This document shows, piece after piece, positions 9,227 through 19,753 of a stretch of 64,000 bases of DNA. Position numbers and translations under genes: made by a program. Positions within the stretch are counted from its first letter, which is position 1, and every line of letters starts with the position of its first letter. This stretch comes from Candidatus Dormiibacterota bacterium (lineage in GTDB: Bacteria; Chloroflexota; Dormibacteria; Aeolococcales; Aeolococcaceae): NCBI GenBank assembly GCA_963757475.1, contig CAVWRW010000008.1, positions 65,529 to 129,528 on the forward strand. Reading direction: 5' to 3'. The notes beneath the pieces were generated by a model, which worked only from the letters and a program-made list of their open reading frames with translations, did no database searches and was not told where the DNA came from.

Positions 9227-10087
9227 ATGGCACCCGACGCAACAGCGATCCCCGCTCAGGCGCAGCGCTACCCCGGCGACACCGCACGGATGTCGCCCCG
9301 TCCCCATGACCATATGGAGGGCTACGTCGGCAGCGACAAACTGCGCGACAAGGTGGCTCTGGTGACTGGCGCCGATTCGGGCATCGGTCGCGCCGTCGCC
9401 GTGCTCTTCGCCAAGGAAGGCGCCGACATCGTCTTCGGCTACCTGTCGGAGGAGGAGGATGCCGCTGCGACCGTCGGTCACGTGATGGATACCGGCCGGC
9501 AGGCGACGGCCGTGCGCGGCGATCTGAGCACAGAGGCTGGATGCCTGCGTCTCATCGATCACGCAGTGGACAAACACGGCCGCATCGACATCCTTGTCAA
9601 CAACATCGCATACCAGCATCCGGTCGATCGCTTCGAGGCGTTGACGTCTGAGCAGCTCGAGCGAACGTTCCGGACAAATGTCTTCAGCTACTTCTGGTGC
9701 ACGAAGGCAGCACTGCCACACATGCGCGAGGGCGGCTCGATCATCAACACGGGATCGATCAATGGGCTGCGCGGCAATAAGAGCCTGATCGACTACGCCG
9801 CCACCAAGGGTGCCGTGCACGCCTTCACGTATTCCATGGCGCAGGCGCTCAAGGATCGCGGGATCCGAGTCAACTGCGTCGCGCCGGGCCCGGTGTGGAC
9901 GCCGCTGATCCCATCGACCATGCCCGCTGAGCATGTCGAAAACTTCGGCAAGAACACGCCGTTCGGCCGAGCGGCTGATCCGGATGAGATCGCCCCGTCG
10001 TTTCTCTTCTTCGCCAGCGACGAACAGTCGAGTTATTACTCCGGGGAGGTGCTGGCGCCGATCGGTGGCGAGACGCTCCCCGGGTAA
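9227..10087 (+). CDS. SDR family oxidoreductase (general stress protein 39 / YdaD-YghA-like)
   Basis: YVGSDKLRDKVALVTGADSGIGRA, NNIAYQ, catalytic YAATK, VAPGPVWTPL. Confidence 0.92.
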   Translation: MAPDATAIPAQAQRYPGDTARMSPRPHDHMEGYVGSDKLRDKVALVTGADSGIGRAVAVLFAKEGADIVFGYLSEEEDAAATVGHVMDTGRQATAVRGDLSTEAGCLRLIDHAVDKHGRIDILVNNIAYQHPVDRFEALTSEQLERTFRTNVFSYFWCTKAALPHMREGGSIINTGSINGLRGNKSLIDYAATKGAVHAFTYSMAQALKDRGIRVNCVAPGPVWTPLIPSTMPAEHVENFGKNTPFGRAADPDEIAPSFLFFASDEQSSYYSGEVLAPIGGETLPG

Positions 10088-10192
10088 AGCGCACATCGAG
10101 ATCCAGGAGCTCGGCCGCAGAGACCCATACTTGGCGGAAGCCGAATCGAGTTGCTCGCGAGGATAGGGGTAGCTCGCGGGCAGGAGAAAGTG

Positions 10193-11193
10193 ATGCATAC
10201 CGCCGTTCATCCCGGGAGCGAGCCAGGAGGCTCGAGGGCTCCGTCAGAGGTGATAGCGACGAGCGGTTTGGCGGTTGAGATCGACCATCTGCGCAAGACG
10301 TACGGTTCGCTCGTCGCGGTCGACGACGTCTCGTTCTCGGTGGTCGAAGGGGAAATATTCGGCATCCTCGGCCCGAATGGGGCCGGGAAGACCACGACTG
10401 TCGAGTGTGCCGTCGGGCTCCGGTCACCGGACTCGGGGACGATCCGGCTCATGGGTATCGACCCGCAGACCGACAGGGCTCGTGTCCATGAGATCACCGG
10501 AGTCCAGCTTCAGTCAGGCGCCTTTCCCGCCAAGTTGAGGGTCGGCGAGATCATCGATATGTACCGGTCGTTCTATTCCCGTCCGGCTGATGTGAGCGAT
10601 CTGGCCGGGGCGCTGGGACTCGCCGATAAGCGCAAGCATTACTACCGATCCCTGTCAGGCGGCCAGCAGCAGCGCTTGTCGGTGGTCCTTGCGCTCATCG
10701 GCGCCCCCAAGATCGCGGTCCTCGACGAGATGACAACCGGTCTCGATCCACAGGCCCGCAGGGACGTCTGGGAGGTGATCGAGCACCTTCGCGATCGCGG
10801 AACGACGATCCTGCTGGTCACGCATTTCATGGAGGAAGCAGAGCGATTGTGTGACCGGGTAGCGCTCATCGACTAGGTCGCATCGTCGCGATGGATACTC
10901 CGGCCGGTTTGGTTGCGCGAGCCACGGGCGCGACAACCGTCCGGTTCCTTCCATCAGCTCCGTTCGATGAGAGCCTGTTGACGCGCCTGCCAGAGGTGAC
11001 GGCGATCGAGCACGACGGCCGCCATATCGTCGTGACCGGCAAGGGGGAGCTCGCAACCGCCGTGATCGTGGCGATGCATACGGCGGGCGCCGAAGCGCAC
11101 GACGTGCGAATCGACGCATCGACGTTGGAAGACGCCTTCGTGCAACTCACTGGAAGGCATTTGCACGAGGCGGGGGAGGGCACACCGTCATGA
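10193..11193 (+). CDS. ABC transporter ATP-binding protein (frameshift at about 10875)
   Basis: GPNGAGKT, LSGGQQQR, LDEMT, THFMEEAERLCDRV; continues as GRIVAMDTP...TLEDAFVQLTG in a shifted frame. Confidence 0.88.
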
Positions 11194-11966
11194 CGACGAT
11201 CTCGTTGAGCCACCCGCGAGCGCCTCGCGCCGCCTTTGGCTACATGGTGCTCAACGAGGCCAGGCTGGCGTGGCGGCAACCGGCAGGGATGATCGCCGGC
11301 GCGGGGGTCGCCGTGCTGCTCGTCGTCATCTTCGGCGAGATCCCGGCGTTCAGAGCGCCGTCGGCCAGTCTGGGCGGCTATTCGCCGTTCGACATCTACA
11401 TCCCGATCCTGATGAGCTTCTCGATCGCGGTGATCGCCTTCACGTATCTTCCAGGGCCGCTCGTTTCCTATCGCGAGCTCGGCATCCTGCGCCGTCTGTC
11501 AACGACGCCAGTGCCTGCGTACTGGGTGCTTGCCGCGCAGATCGTCGTCCAGTCATGTGCGATGGTGGTCACGTTGGCGCTTGTCGTCACGGTGAGCATC
11601 GTTTTCTTCGGGATCCCCGTCCCAAAGGGACCGGTCGCGATGGTGCTGTCGATCGCCCTCTGCATGGCTGCGTTGTTCGCTATCGGCCTGACAATCGCGG
11701 CGCTGGCCCGGACGTCAGGCGCCGCCCGAGGCCTCATGGCTGCGGCGCTCTACCCGATGATGTTCTTCTCCGGGCTGTATTACCCGGTTCAGCTGATGCC
11801 GGCGTTCATCCAGGACATCAGCAATTTCACCCCGCTCGGCGCGGCCGTGCAGGCGATCGGCGACGCGTGGGTGGGCACTTTCCCTCCCGTTCAGCCGTTG
11901 CTGGTCATGCTTGCTTACGCACTGGTATTCGGATTCATCGCCAGGCGCTTCTTCAGGTGGGAATAG
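11190..11966 (+). CDS. ABC-2 type exporter permease
   Basis: YRELGILRRLSTTP and MMFFSGLYYP...TPLG; 6 TM. Confidence 0.9.
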   Translation: MTTISLSHPRAPRAAFGYMVLNEARLAWRQPAGMIAGAGVAVLLVVIFGEIPAFRAPSASLGGYSPFDIYIPILMSFSIAVIAFTYLPGPLVSYRELGILRRLSTTPVPAYWVLAAQIVVQSCAMVVTLALVVTVSIVFFGIPVPKGPVAMVLSIALCMAALFAIGLTIAALARTSGAARGLMAAALYPMMFFSGLYYPVQLMPAFIQDISNFTPLGAAVQAIGDAWVGTFPPVQPLLVMLAYALVFGFIARRFFRWE

Positions 11967-12157
11967 CCCGTGAAGCTCCCGCGCCTCGCGACTTGAGCGT
12001 CGTGCTGGGAGCTACGCACCGGGTAGCTCACGATCCGGGCAAGGGAGCACGCCGCTGATCAGCGTGGTCTCGTAGCCGGGACGCTTGGACGGTCCCCGGG
12101 GACTAGGCTATAGGGATCGAAAGCGTGCCGGAGCGCGGTAACTGAGAGGTAGTAGCC

Positions 12158-14108
12158 GTGGGGAAACGTCTTGTCGCGTTGTGTTTCGGTCTGCTCATCG
12201 CCGCCGGTGGCACCGGCGTGCTCAACGCCGGCGCCACCGCACCGCCGCCCACCGGGTGCAAGCCGACGGCATGCACACCGGGCACGACGGTGGGAACTCA
12301 CGAACAGCCAGGGCAAGCCGATTGCTGGGGCCGCGACCCTCTACGGCTGGGGCGCCGCGACGATGCCCGATGGGTCGATCCTCATCGGCGACTACTGGAA
12401 CTATCGAATCGTCCACTACGAAACCAACGGCACGCCGGCAACACCCTTTGTGTTCAGCCAGAGCAAGTTCGGCTTTGGCGCGGATACCAATCAGGCGCCG
12501 TTCGGCATCTGCGTCGACAACAGCGGGGGACCGTTCCAGGGCTACGTCTATATGACCGAGGGGAGCCTCTTCAACGTCAACCAGTACGACCCGAGCGGCA
12601 ACTGGGTGACGAGCTGGGGGACGAACAAAGCAGTGCATTCGGTGGCCTTCGACTACCCGTCGCAGTGCGTCGTCGGCCCCAATGGCCTTGTCTACATCGC
12701 CAACCAGTGGGGCGACAAGCACAATCCACCGGAGCCGGACCTGGTCGTGCTCAACCCACAGACAAACAAGGCGACATTCGTCTCGCCGACGAACTCGCAG
12801 TACAAATTCATGGCGACGCGGAGCATGGCGTTCGATAGCGCCGGCAACATCTGGATCGCGAATCAGGGCAAGCACCGGATCGATGTCTACAAGCCAAGCT
12901 GTCTGGTGAGTCCATGGCCCACCACGGGCTGCCTTCCGATCACGGAGATCACGCCCCCCGGAGGTGTCTCGAGCACGTTCGACATGCGCGGTCTTGCCAT
13001 CGACACGAGCACCAACCTTGCATTCGTTTCCAACGGGCAGAACTGCCTGGTCCAGGAGTTCAACGCGAATCCGAGCAGTCCGAGCTTCGGGGCATTTGTC
13101 CTCAACTTCAATGGCGTTGCTGCCGGCGGCAGCGATTGCGGAACCGCAAATGGTCAGTTCGAGGACGGTGCGCGCGACATCGCCGTGAGCAGCTCGCACC
13201 AGGTCTGGGTCGGCGATCTCGGGTATTTCCGCGCGCAGGTATTCAACGAATCCGGTGCCTTTCAATTCGTCGTGCCGTCGTCCCCGAACCCAGATCTGCC
13301 CCCGACCGGCGGGTTCAACGGGCCCCGGGGAATCGCGTTCGACAGTGCCGGCGATATGTACGTCAGCGATACGTTCAACGAGCGGATCGAAGAGTTCAAG
13401 CCGAACGGCAGCGCCTGGACCTACGACCGCGAGTGGGGACTGCGCGGTGATACCGCGACCACGATGAACTATCCCCGACTGATCTGCATTGACCCGCAGA
13501 CCGGCAACCTCATCGTCGCCAACACCAACTCGAACAGCGCGGTTGCCTGGAACGTGAGCGTCAATCCGCCCAAGGAGGTCTGGGCATATTCGGCACTGAC
13601 CTCCCCGTACGGACTCGCGTGCGCGTCGAACGGCACCGTCTACGTCGCGGACAGCAACGACAGCGATGTCGTCGCGTTGACCAGCGCCGGAGCGCTCCTC
13701 GGCACCATGGGTGCCGCACAGAACATGGGCTTCGTCCGCGGTATCTGGGTTGACAGCACCGATAGCTCGGTGTGGGTCGACACCAGCGCTACCGGCAAGG
13801 TGTTCCACTTCGCGCCGTGGTCGAGCGGGGGTGGATTCCTCGGGTCGTTCAACGTCAGCACATCGATCCCGACTGCCGGCGTGTTTGGGATCACGGGCAA
13901 CGCCCACTATCTCTACGTGGCGCTTGCCAGCGTCAACCAGGTGGCCGAGTACACCCGCGCCGGTGTGCTCGAGGGCACGTTCGGTGGAGCGGGCACCAAG
14001 GTTGGCCAGATGCGCACCCCGCAGGGCTTGGCGTTCGCCCCGAACGGCACGCTCTACGTCGTCGAGGAGAACAACAACCGAGTCAGTCAGTGGACGGTGC
14101 CGTCGTAA
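12158..14108 (+). CDS. Secreted NHL-repeat beta-propeller protein (frameshift at about 12290)
   Basis: Signal peptide MGKRLVALCFGLLIAAG in one frame, then NHL repeats (FNGPRGIAFDSAGDMYVSDTFNERI; MRTPQGLAFAPNGTLYVVEENNNRV) in the next. Confidence 0.85.
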
Positions 14109-14120
14109 CCCACGTCCCGA

Positions 14121-15206
14121 TCAGGAGCGCGGTCTCGCCGTGGATTTCCGAGGAGCCGGCGTCGATGATCTCGGCCGAGAGCGGCTGCGTTCTCGTTTCG
14201 TCGGCGGCTTGCGGACGAACAGACCGGCGACCGCGCCGAGCATGGCCATGAGCACGTCGTTGTACGCGCGATATAACAGGCCCGCGGCGGCACCGACCGC
14301 AGGAGGGACCCCGTTGGCGATCATGAGTACGGTCAACAGTCCTTCGAACACGCCGAGACCGCCGGGAAGAAAGCTCAGAGCCGAAAGGATGTAGCTCAGG
14401 CCGAGCACGAACGCGGCGGCGATGAAGCTGACCTGTGTCGCGCCCAAGGCCGCGACGGCGAGGTAGAAGAGCAGGTAGGTGAGCAGCACGGACAGCACAT
14501 TGAGGACCAATACCGGGAGCAGCGTGCTGGGCGTGAACAACTCGGCGAAGGTCGGCTGCAGCTCTCGGAGTTGCGCATCGAAGCGGCGGAGCAAGCGAAT
14601 CCGCTCGACGGTCCGCAATGCCCATTGATACGCCCGCTTCCAGATCAGAATCGTGAATACCGCGACATGCGCAGTCGTCATGATCACCACGAGGATTGCG
14701 ATGCCCGGCTGACTGAACACTCTGGGCAGCACGCCAAGCCCGACAAGCGTGAGATAGACAAGTTCCTGGAACGCGATTGTCCCGGCCACCTTTCCCGCGC
14801 CGGGCGGAGACTTGTCGGCCCGGCGTGCCATCGCAACCCGAGCGAGGTCGCCCATGGGCAGAAAGATCATCACCTGACCGGCAAACTCGATCGCCAGGCA
14901 GCGTGCCAGCGAAATCCTTTCACCGATCTTCCGCAATGCTAGCCACCACGCGGCGCCGCGCAGGACATAGGTTGCGACCGTGACTGGGATCATCAAGAGC
15001 GCGATTCGCCAGTTGGTCTTGTGCAACGCAGCAGCAAGTCGTGACGGGTTGACCCCGAGAACGAGGCCGACGATGCAGAGCACGGCGATCACCGCGAGCA
15101 AGTGCCGCTGCAGGAAACTGAGGCACGGACCGATCACCGGCTTCGCGGAGGCCGACCGAAACACGCGTCGTATTGCAGCGATCGAGGCCTCCAGCCTTCG
15201 ATTCAC
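14121..15206 (-). CDS. Lysylphosphatidylglycerol synthase TM-domain / flippase-like protein (UPF0104)
   Basis: LRGAAW, GDLARV, PGGLGVFE and LLYR motifs; multi-TM. Confidence 0.85.
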   Translation of the reverse strand: MNRRLEASIAAIRRVFRSASAKPVIGPCLSFLQRHLLAVIAVLCIVGLVLGVNPSRLAAALHKTNWRIALLMIPVTVATYVLRGAAWWLALRKIGERISLARCLAIEFAGQVMIFLPMGDLARVAMARRADKSPPGAGKVAGTIAFQELVYLTLVGLGVLPRVFSQPGIAILVVIMTTAHVAVFTILIWKRAYQWALRTVERIRLLRRFDAQLRELQPTFAELFTPSTLLPVLVLNVLSVLLTYLLFYLAVAALGATQVSFIAAAFVLGLSYILSALSFLPGGLGVFEGLLTVLMIANGVPPAVGAAAGLLYRAYNDVLMAMLGAVAGLFVRKPPTKRERSRSRPRSSTPAPRKSTARPRS

Positions 15207-15308
15207 CGCGAGTTCTTCGGCTTCGGCGCTCGCATGTCCGGTTGCAGTGACATAGGCGCTATATCATAAGGTGATAGCTAACCTAGCCGGTAGCCGACAC
15301 CACGGACC

Positions 15309-15341
15309 AAAAGAAAGACCCCGGAGGTCCTCCGGGGTCTT
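15309..15341 (-). terminator. Rho-independent terminator
   Basis: Inverted repeat AAGACCCCGGAGG-T-CCTCCGGGGTCTT followed on the minus strand by TCTTTT. Confidence 0.8.
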
Positions 15342-15359
15342 CCCCCGCATCGCGGGGAC

Positions 15360-15410
15360 CTAGTGGTCACCTCGATACGGCGTCAGCGTGGGGTCCATTC
15401 GGAGAACCAT
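15360..15410 (-). CDS. Candidate 16-aa small ORF MVLRMDPTLTPYRGDH
   Basis: GGAGGA RBS 6 nt before the ATG; terminator about 18 nt after the stop. Confidence 0.45.
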   Translation of the reverse strand: MVLRMDPTLTPYRGDH

Positions 15411-15484
15411 CGCTGTTCCTCCATGTTGGTCCTTGCTGCGGACACTTAAAACCGTAGCTCGATGTACCGCGCGGTGCAAGCGGT

Positions 15485-16231
15485 TCAGCCCCGCTGCAGG
15501 CGCGCCACGAGTGCACGTGCGTTCCGCACCGCATTCCCAGTCGTGTCGTTGTTGAAGTAGACGAAGGCCTCGCGATCCAGCGTCGCGAGCTGCGAGGCGT
15601 ATCGGTCGATGACGCGCGCCCCGTAGTTGCCGGCTCGGCCGCGACCTCCATGGAGGCGGAGGTAGAGCCAGTCCGTGGTGACCCAATCAGGGTTCTGCAT
15701 CCGACCAGCTCTGTCGGCCCATATGAGCGCCGCGCCGTGCCGTTCGAGGGCGGCGCGAATGGCGTTCCCGTCGAACCAGCTGGGATGACGGAACTCCACC
15801 GCGATCCGGAGGTTCCTGGGAAGTGCAGCCAGGATCTCCTCGAGACCGTCGCGGTCGGCGGCCCGCGTCGGCGGGAGCTGCACGACGATGGGTCCCAGGT
15901 GTGAGCCGATCCCCGAGAGGCGCTCCAGAAAGAGATGTATCGGCGCTGCTGTGTCGTGCAGCGTTTTGCCGTGGGTCACGTAGCAACTCATCTTGACGGC
16001 GAATACGAAACCCGGCGGCACGGTCGCGGCCCATTTCTCGGCGGTCGTCGCGGCCGGAAGTCCATAGAAGGTGTTGTTCACCTCGACGGTATCGAACGTC
16101 TCCGAGTACCGCTCCAACCATCGCCGCTGGGGGAAGCGCTTCGGGTAGAGGACGCCACGCCAGTCGGCATATTGCCACCCACTGGTCCCTATGTAGCGTC
16201 GGGGACCGCTTCTAGTGAGAGGCGGTGTCAA
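15485..16231 (-). CDS. DUF72 domain protein
   Basis: YIGTSGWQY, TVEVNNTFY, FAVKM, VEFRHPSW, YLRLHG, YFNND...AVRNA. Confidence 0.92.
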   Translation of the reverse strand: MTPPLTRSGPRRYIGTSGWQYADWRGVLYPKRFPQRRWLERYSETFDTVEVNNTFYGLPAATTAEKWAATVPPGFVFAVKMSCYVTHGKTLHDTAAPIHLFLERLSGIGSHLGPIVVQLPPTRAADRDGLEEILAALPRNLRIAVEFRHPSWFDGNAIRAALERHGAALIWADRAGRMQNPDWVTTDWLYLRLHGGRGRAGNYGARVIDRYASQLATLDREAFVYFNNDTTGNAVRNARALVARLQRG

Positions 16232-16315
16232 GTGGGCTCACTTGCATGGAAGGTGATACTCACACTATCATATTCGCGAACCCACGCCCGTGACACCAAG
16301 GAGACACGGAGACCC

Positions 16316-16468
16316 ATGGCAACCGAAGCGCAACGCGCGGCCGCAAAGCAGAACATCAAGAAGGCGGCGGCAGCGGCGAAGGAGCAAAAGACCATATCCA
16401 AGCTGCCCAAATCGACACGCACCGCGCTTGCCAAGCAAGCGAACAAAGTGAAGCGCGAGAAGGCCTAG
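16316..16468 (+). CDS. Small Lys/Ala-rich basic protein
   Basis: GGAGAC RBS; MATEAQRAAAKQNIKKAAAAAKEQKTISKLPKSTRTALAKQ resembles small stress-associated proteins. Confidence 0.75.
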   Translation: MATEAQRAAAKQNIKKAAAAAKEQKTISKLPKSTRTALAKQANKVKREKA

Positions 16469-16473
16469 GCGCG

Positions 16474-17452
16474 GTGGAATTCGGATTCTGCCTTTCGAGC
16501 GAGGAGCATGGGCCGCAGGAGTTGCTTGCCTTTGCGCAGGCGGCGGAGTCGAGCCGGATTCAGATCTGCGCTGATCTCGGACCACTATCACCCGTGGCTC
16601 GAAGAGCAGGGCCAGAGTCCCTTCGTGTGGTCGGTCATCGGCGCCATCGCAGCGACCACGAATCTTCGGGTCACCACCGGAGTCACCTGTCCGATGGTGC
16701 GCATCCACCCGGCGGTCATAGCCCAGGCGGCGGCCACCTCGGCGGCGATGATGCCGGGACGGTTCCGTCTCGGCGTGGGCAGTGGTGAAAAGCTCAATGA
16801 GCACATCCTCGGTGACGCGTGGCCGCCGGTGCGAGTGCGCCTGGAGATGCTCGAGGAAGCGGTCGCGGTCATGCGCCGGCTGTGGGAGGGAGGCATCGTG
16901 ACGCAACGCCTGCGGCATTACACCGTGGAGAACGCGCGACTGTACACACTGCCCGAGGTCGCACCTCCCGTGCTGGTCTCGGGGTTTGGACCGAAATCAA
17001 TCGAGGTCGCCGCGCGTATCGGGGATGGGTTCGTGACGACCAAACCCGACGCCGACGCGGTGAACCGATACCGCGAGCTCGAGGGGCGAGGTCCCGCCAT
17101 TGCCTCAATGAAGGTGTGCTGGGCCGCGTCGCGAGACGAAGCCGTACGGACGGCCCACCGGTTGTGGAGGACGGAAGCACTCCCGGGTCAACTCGCGCAG
17201 GAGCTGCCGCTCCCGCTCCACTTCACACAAGCCTCCGAGCTCGTGAGCGAGGACAAGGTTGCGCGATCAATCCCGTGCGGTCCCGACGCCGAACCGTATG
17301 TCCGTACCATCAAGCAGTACATCGACTCTGGATTCGACGAGCTGTACATCAATCAGATCGGTAAGGACCAGCAGGGTTTTCTGGAATTCTTCGATCGCGA
17401 GGTGAAACCGCAGCTTCGCACGGAAGCTGTGCTGGTGCGATCAGCAGGCTGA
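16474..17452 (+). CDS. F420-dependent LLM-class oxidoreductase, TIGR03557/G6PDH-like (frameshift at about 16550)
   Basis: FCLSSEEHGP / ISDHYHPW...GQSPFVWSVIG, TGVTCP, LGVGSGEKLNEH. Confidence 0.88.
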
Positions 17453-17468
17453 TGCCATCGAAGGGACT

Positions 17469-17883
17469 ATGGCCGAGGATGTGAACGACGCCCTCCGGGA
17501 GTTGATCGACGCCGAGCCCACCGACCCGAACTCGTGGCGACGCGGAGTATTGGTTTGATGTCTACACGCGTCTCATCGACTTGACCGAATCCATGCTGGC
17601 GCGGACCCGTGACTACCTCGCAGAGCTGCCGGAGCCCGCGCGGCGACATGTCGAACGCGTGAACATCAGGGTCATGGAGGAGGAGATCGACGGGTTCGTT
17701 CGCCGGCGGGACGTCTGGCGTAGACATCTTGATGAGTTGATCGAACTCGACATCGACCGGCTGAGGGCATTGCACGTCGCGGCCAAGATCCCTTCCGTGG
17801 CGAAGATGACGAAAGACGGTGCCAGTACACGGGTTAGGACGCTGTTCCGGTGCGCGCTCAACATGATAGTCTACATATCATGA
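17469..17883 (+). CDS. Hypothetical helical protein (probably one frameshifted gene)
   Basis: ATG 17469 after AAGGGA gives MAEDVNDALRELIDAEP; a shifted frame continues DAEYWFDVYTRLIDLTESMLARTRDYL...VWRRHL. The 3' end is uncertain. Confidence 0.4.
17862..17882. promoter_or_regulatory. AT-rich inverted repeat, candidate operator
   Basis: CATGATA-N7-TATCATG about 50 nt upstream of the TPP enzyme start. Confidence 0.35.
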
Positions 17884-17932
17884 AACTTGATTGCGCCTAT
17901 GCCTGCGCGCGCCCGTATCGGGGACGATGCGA

Positions 17933-19753
17933 ATGAGTGAGACGGTCGGCGACGACCTGGTTGCCCGGCTGGTGGAGTGGGGTGTCGACACGATCTTCGG
18001 CTACCCCGGAGACGGCATCAACGGCTTCATCGGCGCGCTGAGCCGGGGCGGCGAACGCATCCGGTTTGTACAGACGCGCCATGAGGAGATGGCGGCATTC
18101 ATGGCATGTGCCTGGGCGAAGTACACCGGCAAGGTCGGTGTCTGCACGGCGACCTCGGGACCTGGCGCTATCCATCTGCTCAACGGGCTGTACGACGCGA
18201 AACTCGACCATCAGCCGGTCGTTGCGATAGTCGGACAGACGAATGTCGCGGCAATGGGTGGCGACCAGCAGCAGGAGGTCGACCTCCTCACGTTATTCAA
18301 GGACGTCGCATCCGCATACGTGCAGCAGGTGAACACTCCGGGTGCGCTGCATCACTGCCTCGACCGAGCGCTGCGCATCGCCGACGCGGAGCACACGGTC
18401 ACGGCGGTCATCATCCCCGCCGACGTGCAGGAGATGAAGGCCGTTCCGCTGCAGCCGAAAGGGGTCAAAGCCATCCACTCGGGCGTGGGATACGTGCGCT
18501 CACGGATTGTGCCGTCCGCGGCCGCCGTAGACCGGGCGGCCGATCTCCTCAACGCGGGAAACAAGGTCGCGATTCTTGTCGGCGCGGGCGCGCTTGATGC
18601 GACGGACGAGGTGATGGCCGTCGCAGACGTGCTCGGTGCGGGCATCGCCAAAGCGTTGCTTGGCAAGGCCGCCGTGCCGGATGAAGTCCCGTTCTGCACC
18701 GGGTCGATCGGGTTGCTGGGGACGAAGCCGAGCTGGGCGATGATGCAACGCTGCGACACCCTGCTCGTCATCGGCAGCGGGTTTCCGTACTCAAACTTTC
18801 TCCCGCCGGTTGGTCAGGCCCGCGCCATTCAAATCGACCACGCGGCGCGTGCCATGAGCCTTCGCTATCCGATGGATGTGCTCCTCTGCGGTGACAGCAA
18901 GGCGACGCTCACCGCGCTGCTGCCGCGCCTGCGGCGTCAACCCAACCGCTCGTGGCGCAACGGTATCGTCGATGACGTCAAGGAGTGGTGGGCGCTCATG
19001 GACAAACGCGCCGAGCCCGAACAGCGCGGCGACCGAATCCGCCCACAGGCGCTGTTCGCAGCGCTGTCGCGGCAGCTCCCCGACAACGCGATGCTGAGTG
19101 CGGATTCGGGAAGCGTCGCAACCTGGTATGCGCAACACGTGCGACTCCGGCGCGGCATGAAAGCGACGCTCTCCGGTGGTCTGGCAACCATGCTCCCCGG
19201 CGTTCCCTACGCAATCGCCGCCAAATTCGCGTATCCCGATCGTGTTGCCATTGCTTTGGTCGGTGACGGCGCCATGCAGATGGGAGGCATGGCGGAGATG
19301 CTCACCGCCGCCAAGTATTACCAGTCGTGGTCGGACCCGCGCCTGATCGTGTTGGTGCTCAACAATGCCGACCTCAACATGGTCACCTGGGAGCAACGCG
19401 TGCTCGTCGGGGATCCGAAGTTCGTCGCGTCTCAGGAAGTTCCCGATGTCGCATACGAACGCTGGGCCGAGATGATCGGCCTTGTCGGCATAAGGGTGGA
19501 TCGTGCCGACCAGATCGACGACGCCTGGCGTCAGGCGCTCGCTGCGGACCGGCCCGTGATCATCAACGCGCTCACGGATCCGGAGGAGCCCCCGTTCCCA
19601 CCGCACATCACGCTGGATCAAGCACTCAACTTCGGTCGCGGCGTCATCAAGGGAGACCAGCGTGGCGTTCGCGACGTCGTGACCGCAGCACGCGACAAAT
19701 TGGAAGAACTGCTGCCGACCAATGCCGGCTCTGGAGGAACAAGCACCGAATGA
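17933..19753 (+). CDS. Thiamine-pyrophosphate-requiring enzyme (pyruvate oxidase/dehydrogenase-like)
   Basis: IFGYPGDGING, RHEEMAAFMA, TSGPGAIHLLNGLYDAK; TPP motif GDGAMQM...LNN. Confidence 0.92.
   Translation: MSETVGDDLVARLVEWGVDTIFGYPGDGINGFIGALSRGGERIRFVQTRHEEMAAFMACAWAKYTGKVGVCTATSGPGAIHLLNGLYDAKLDHQPVVAIVGQTNVAAMGGDQQQEVDLLTLFKDVASAYVQQVNTPGALHHCLDRALRIADAEHTVTAVIIPADVQEMKAVPLQPKGVKAIHSGVGYVRSRIVPSAAAVDRAADLLNAGNKVAILVGAGALDATDEVMAVADVLGAGIAKALLGKAAVPDEVPFCTGSIGLLGTKPSWAMMQRCDTLLVIGSGFPYSNFLPPVGQARAIQIDHAARAMSLRYPMDVLLCGDSKATLTALLPRLRRQPNRSWRNGIVDDVKEWWALMDKRAEPEQRGDRIRPQALFAALSRQLPDNAMLSADSGSVATWYAQHVRLRRGMKATLSGGLATMLPGVPYAIAAKFAYPDRVAIALVGDGAMQMGGMAEMLTAAKYYQSWSDPRLIVLVLNNADLNMVTWEQRVLVGDPKFVASQEVPDVAYERWAEMIGLVGIRVDRADQIDDAWRQALAADRPVIINALTDPEEPPFPPHITLDQALNFGRGVIKGDQRGVRDVVTAARDKLEELLPTNAGSGGTSTE

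Noticed and set aside
10871-10893. TAG in the ABC ATPase as possible stop readthrough or pyrrolysine
   Set aside because: The downstream half is in a different frame (GRIVAMD), so this is a frameshift, not readthrough.
12222-13907. Long antisense ORFs (for example 561 aa here, 741 aa opposite katG, 496 aa at 6765-8255)
   Set aside because: These are shadow ORFs expected in high-GC coding DNA; the opposite strand carries recognisable proteins.
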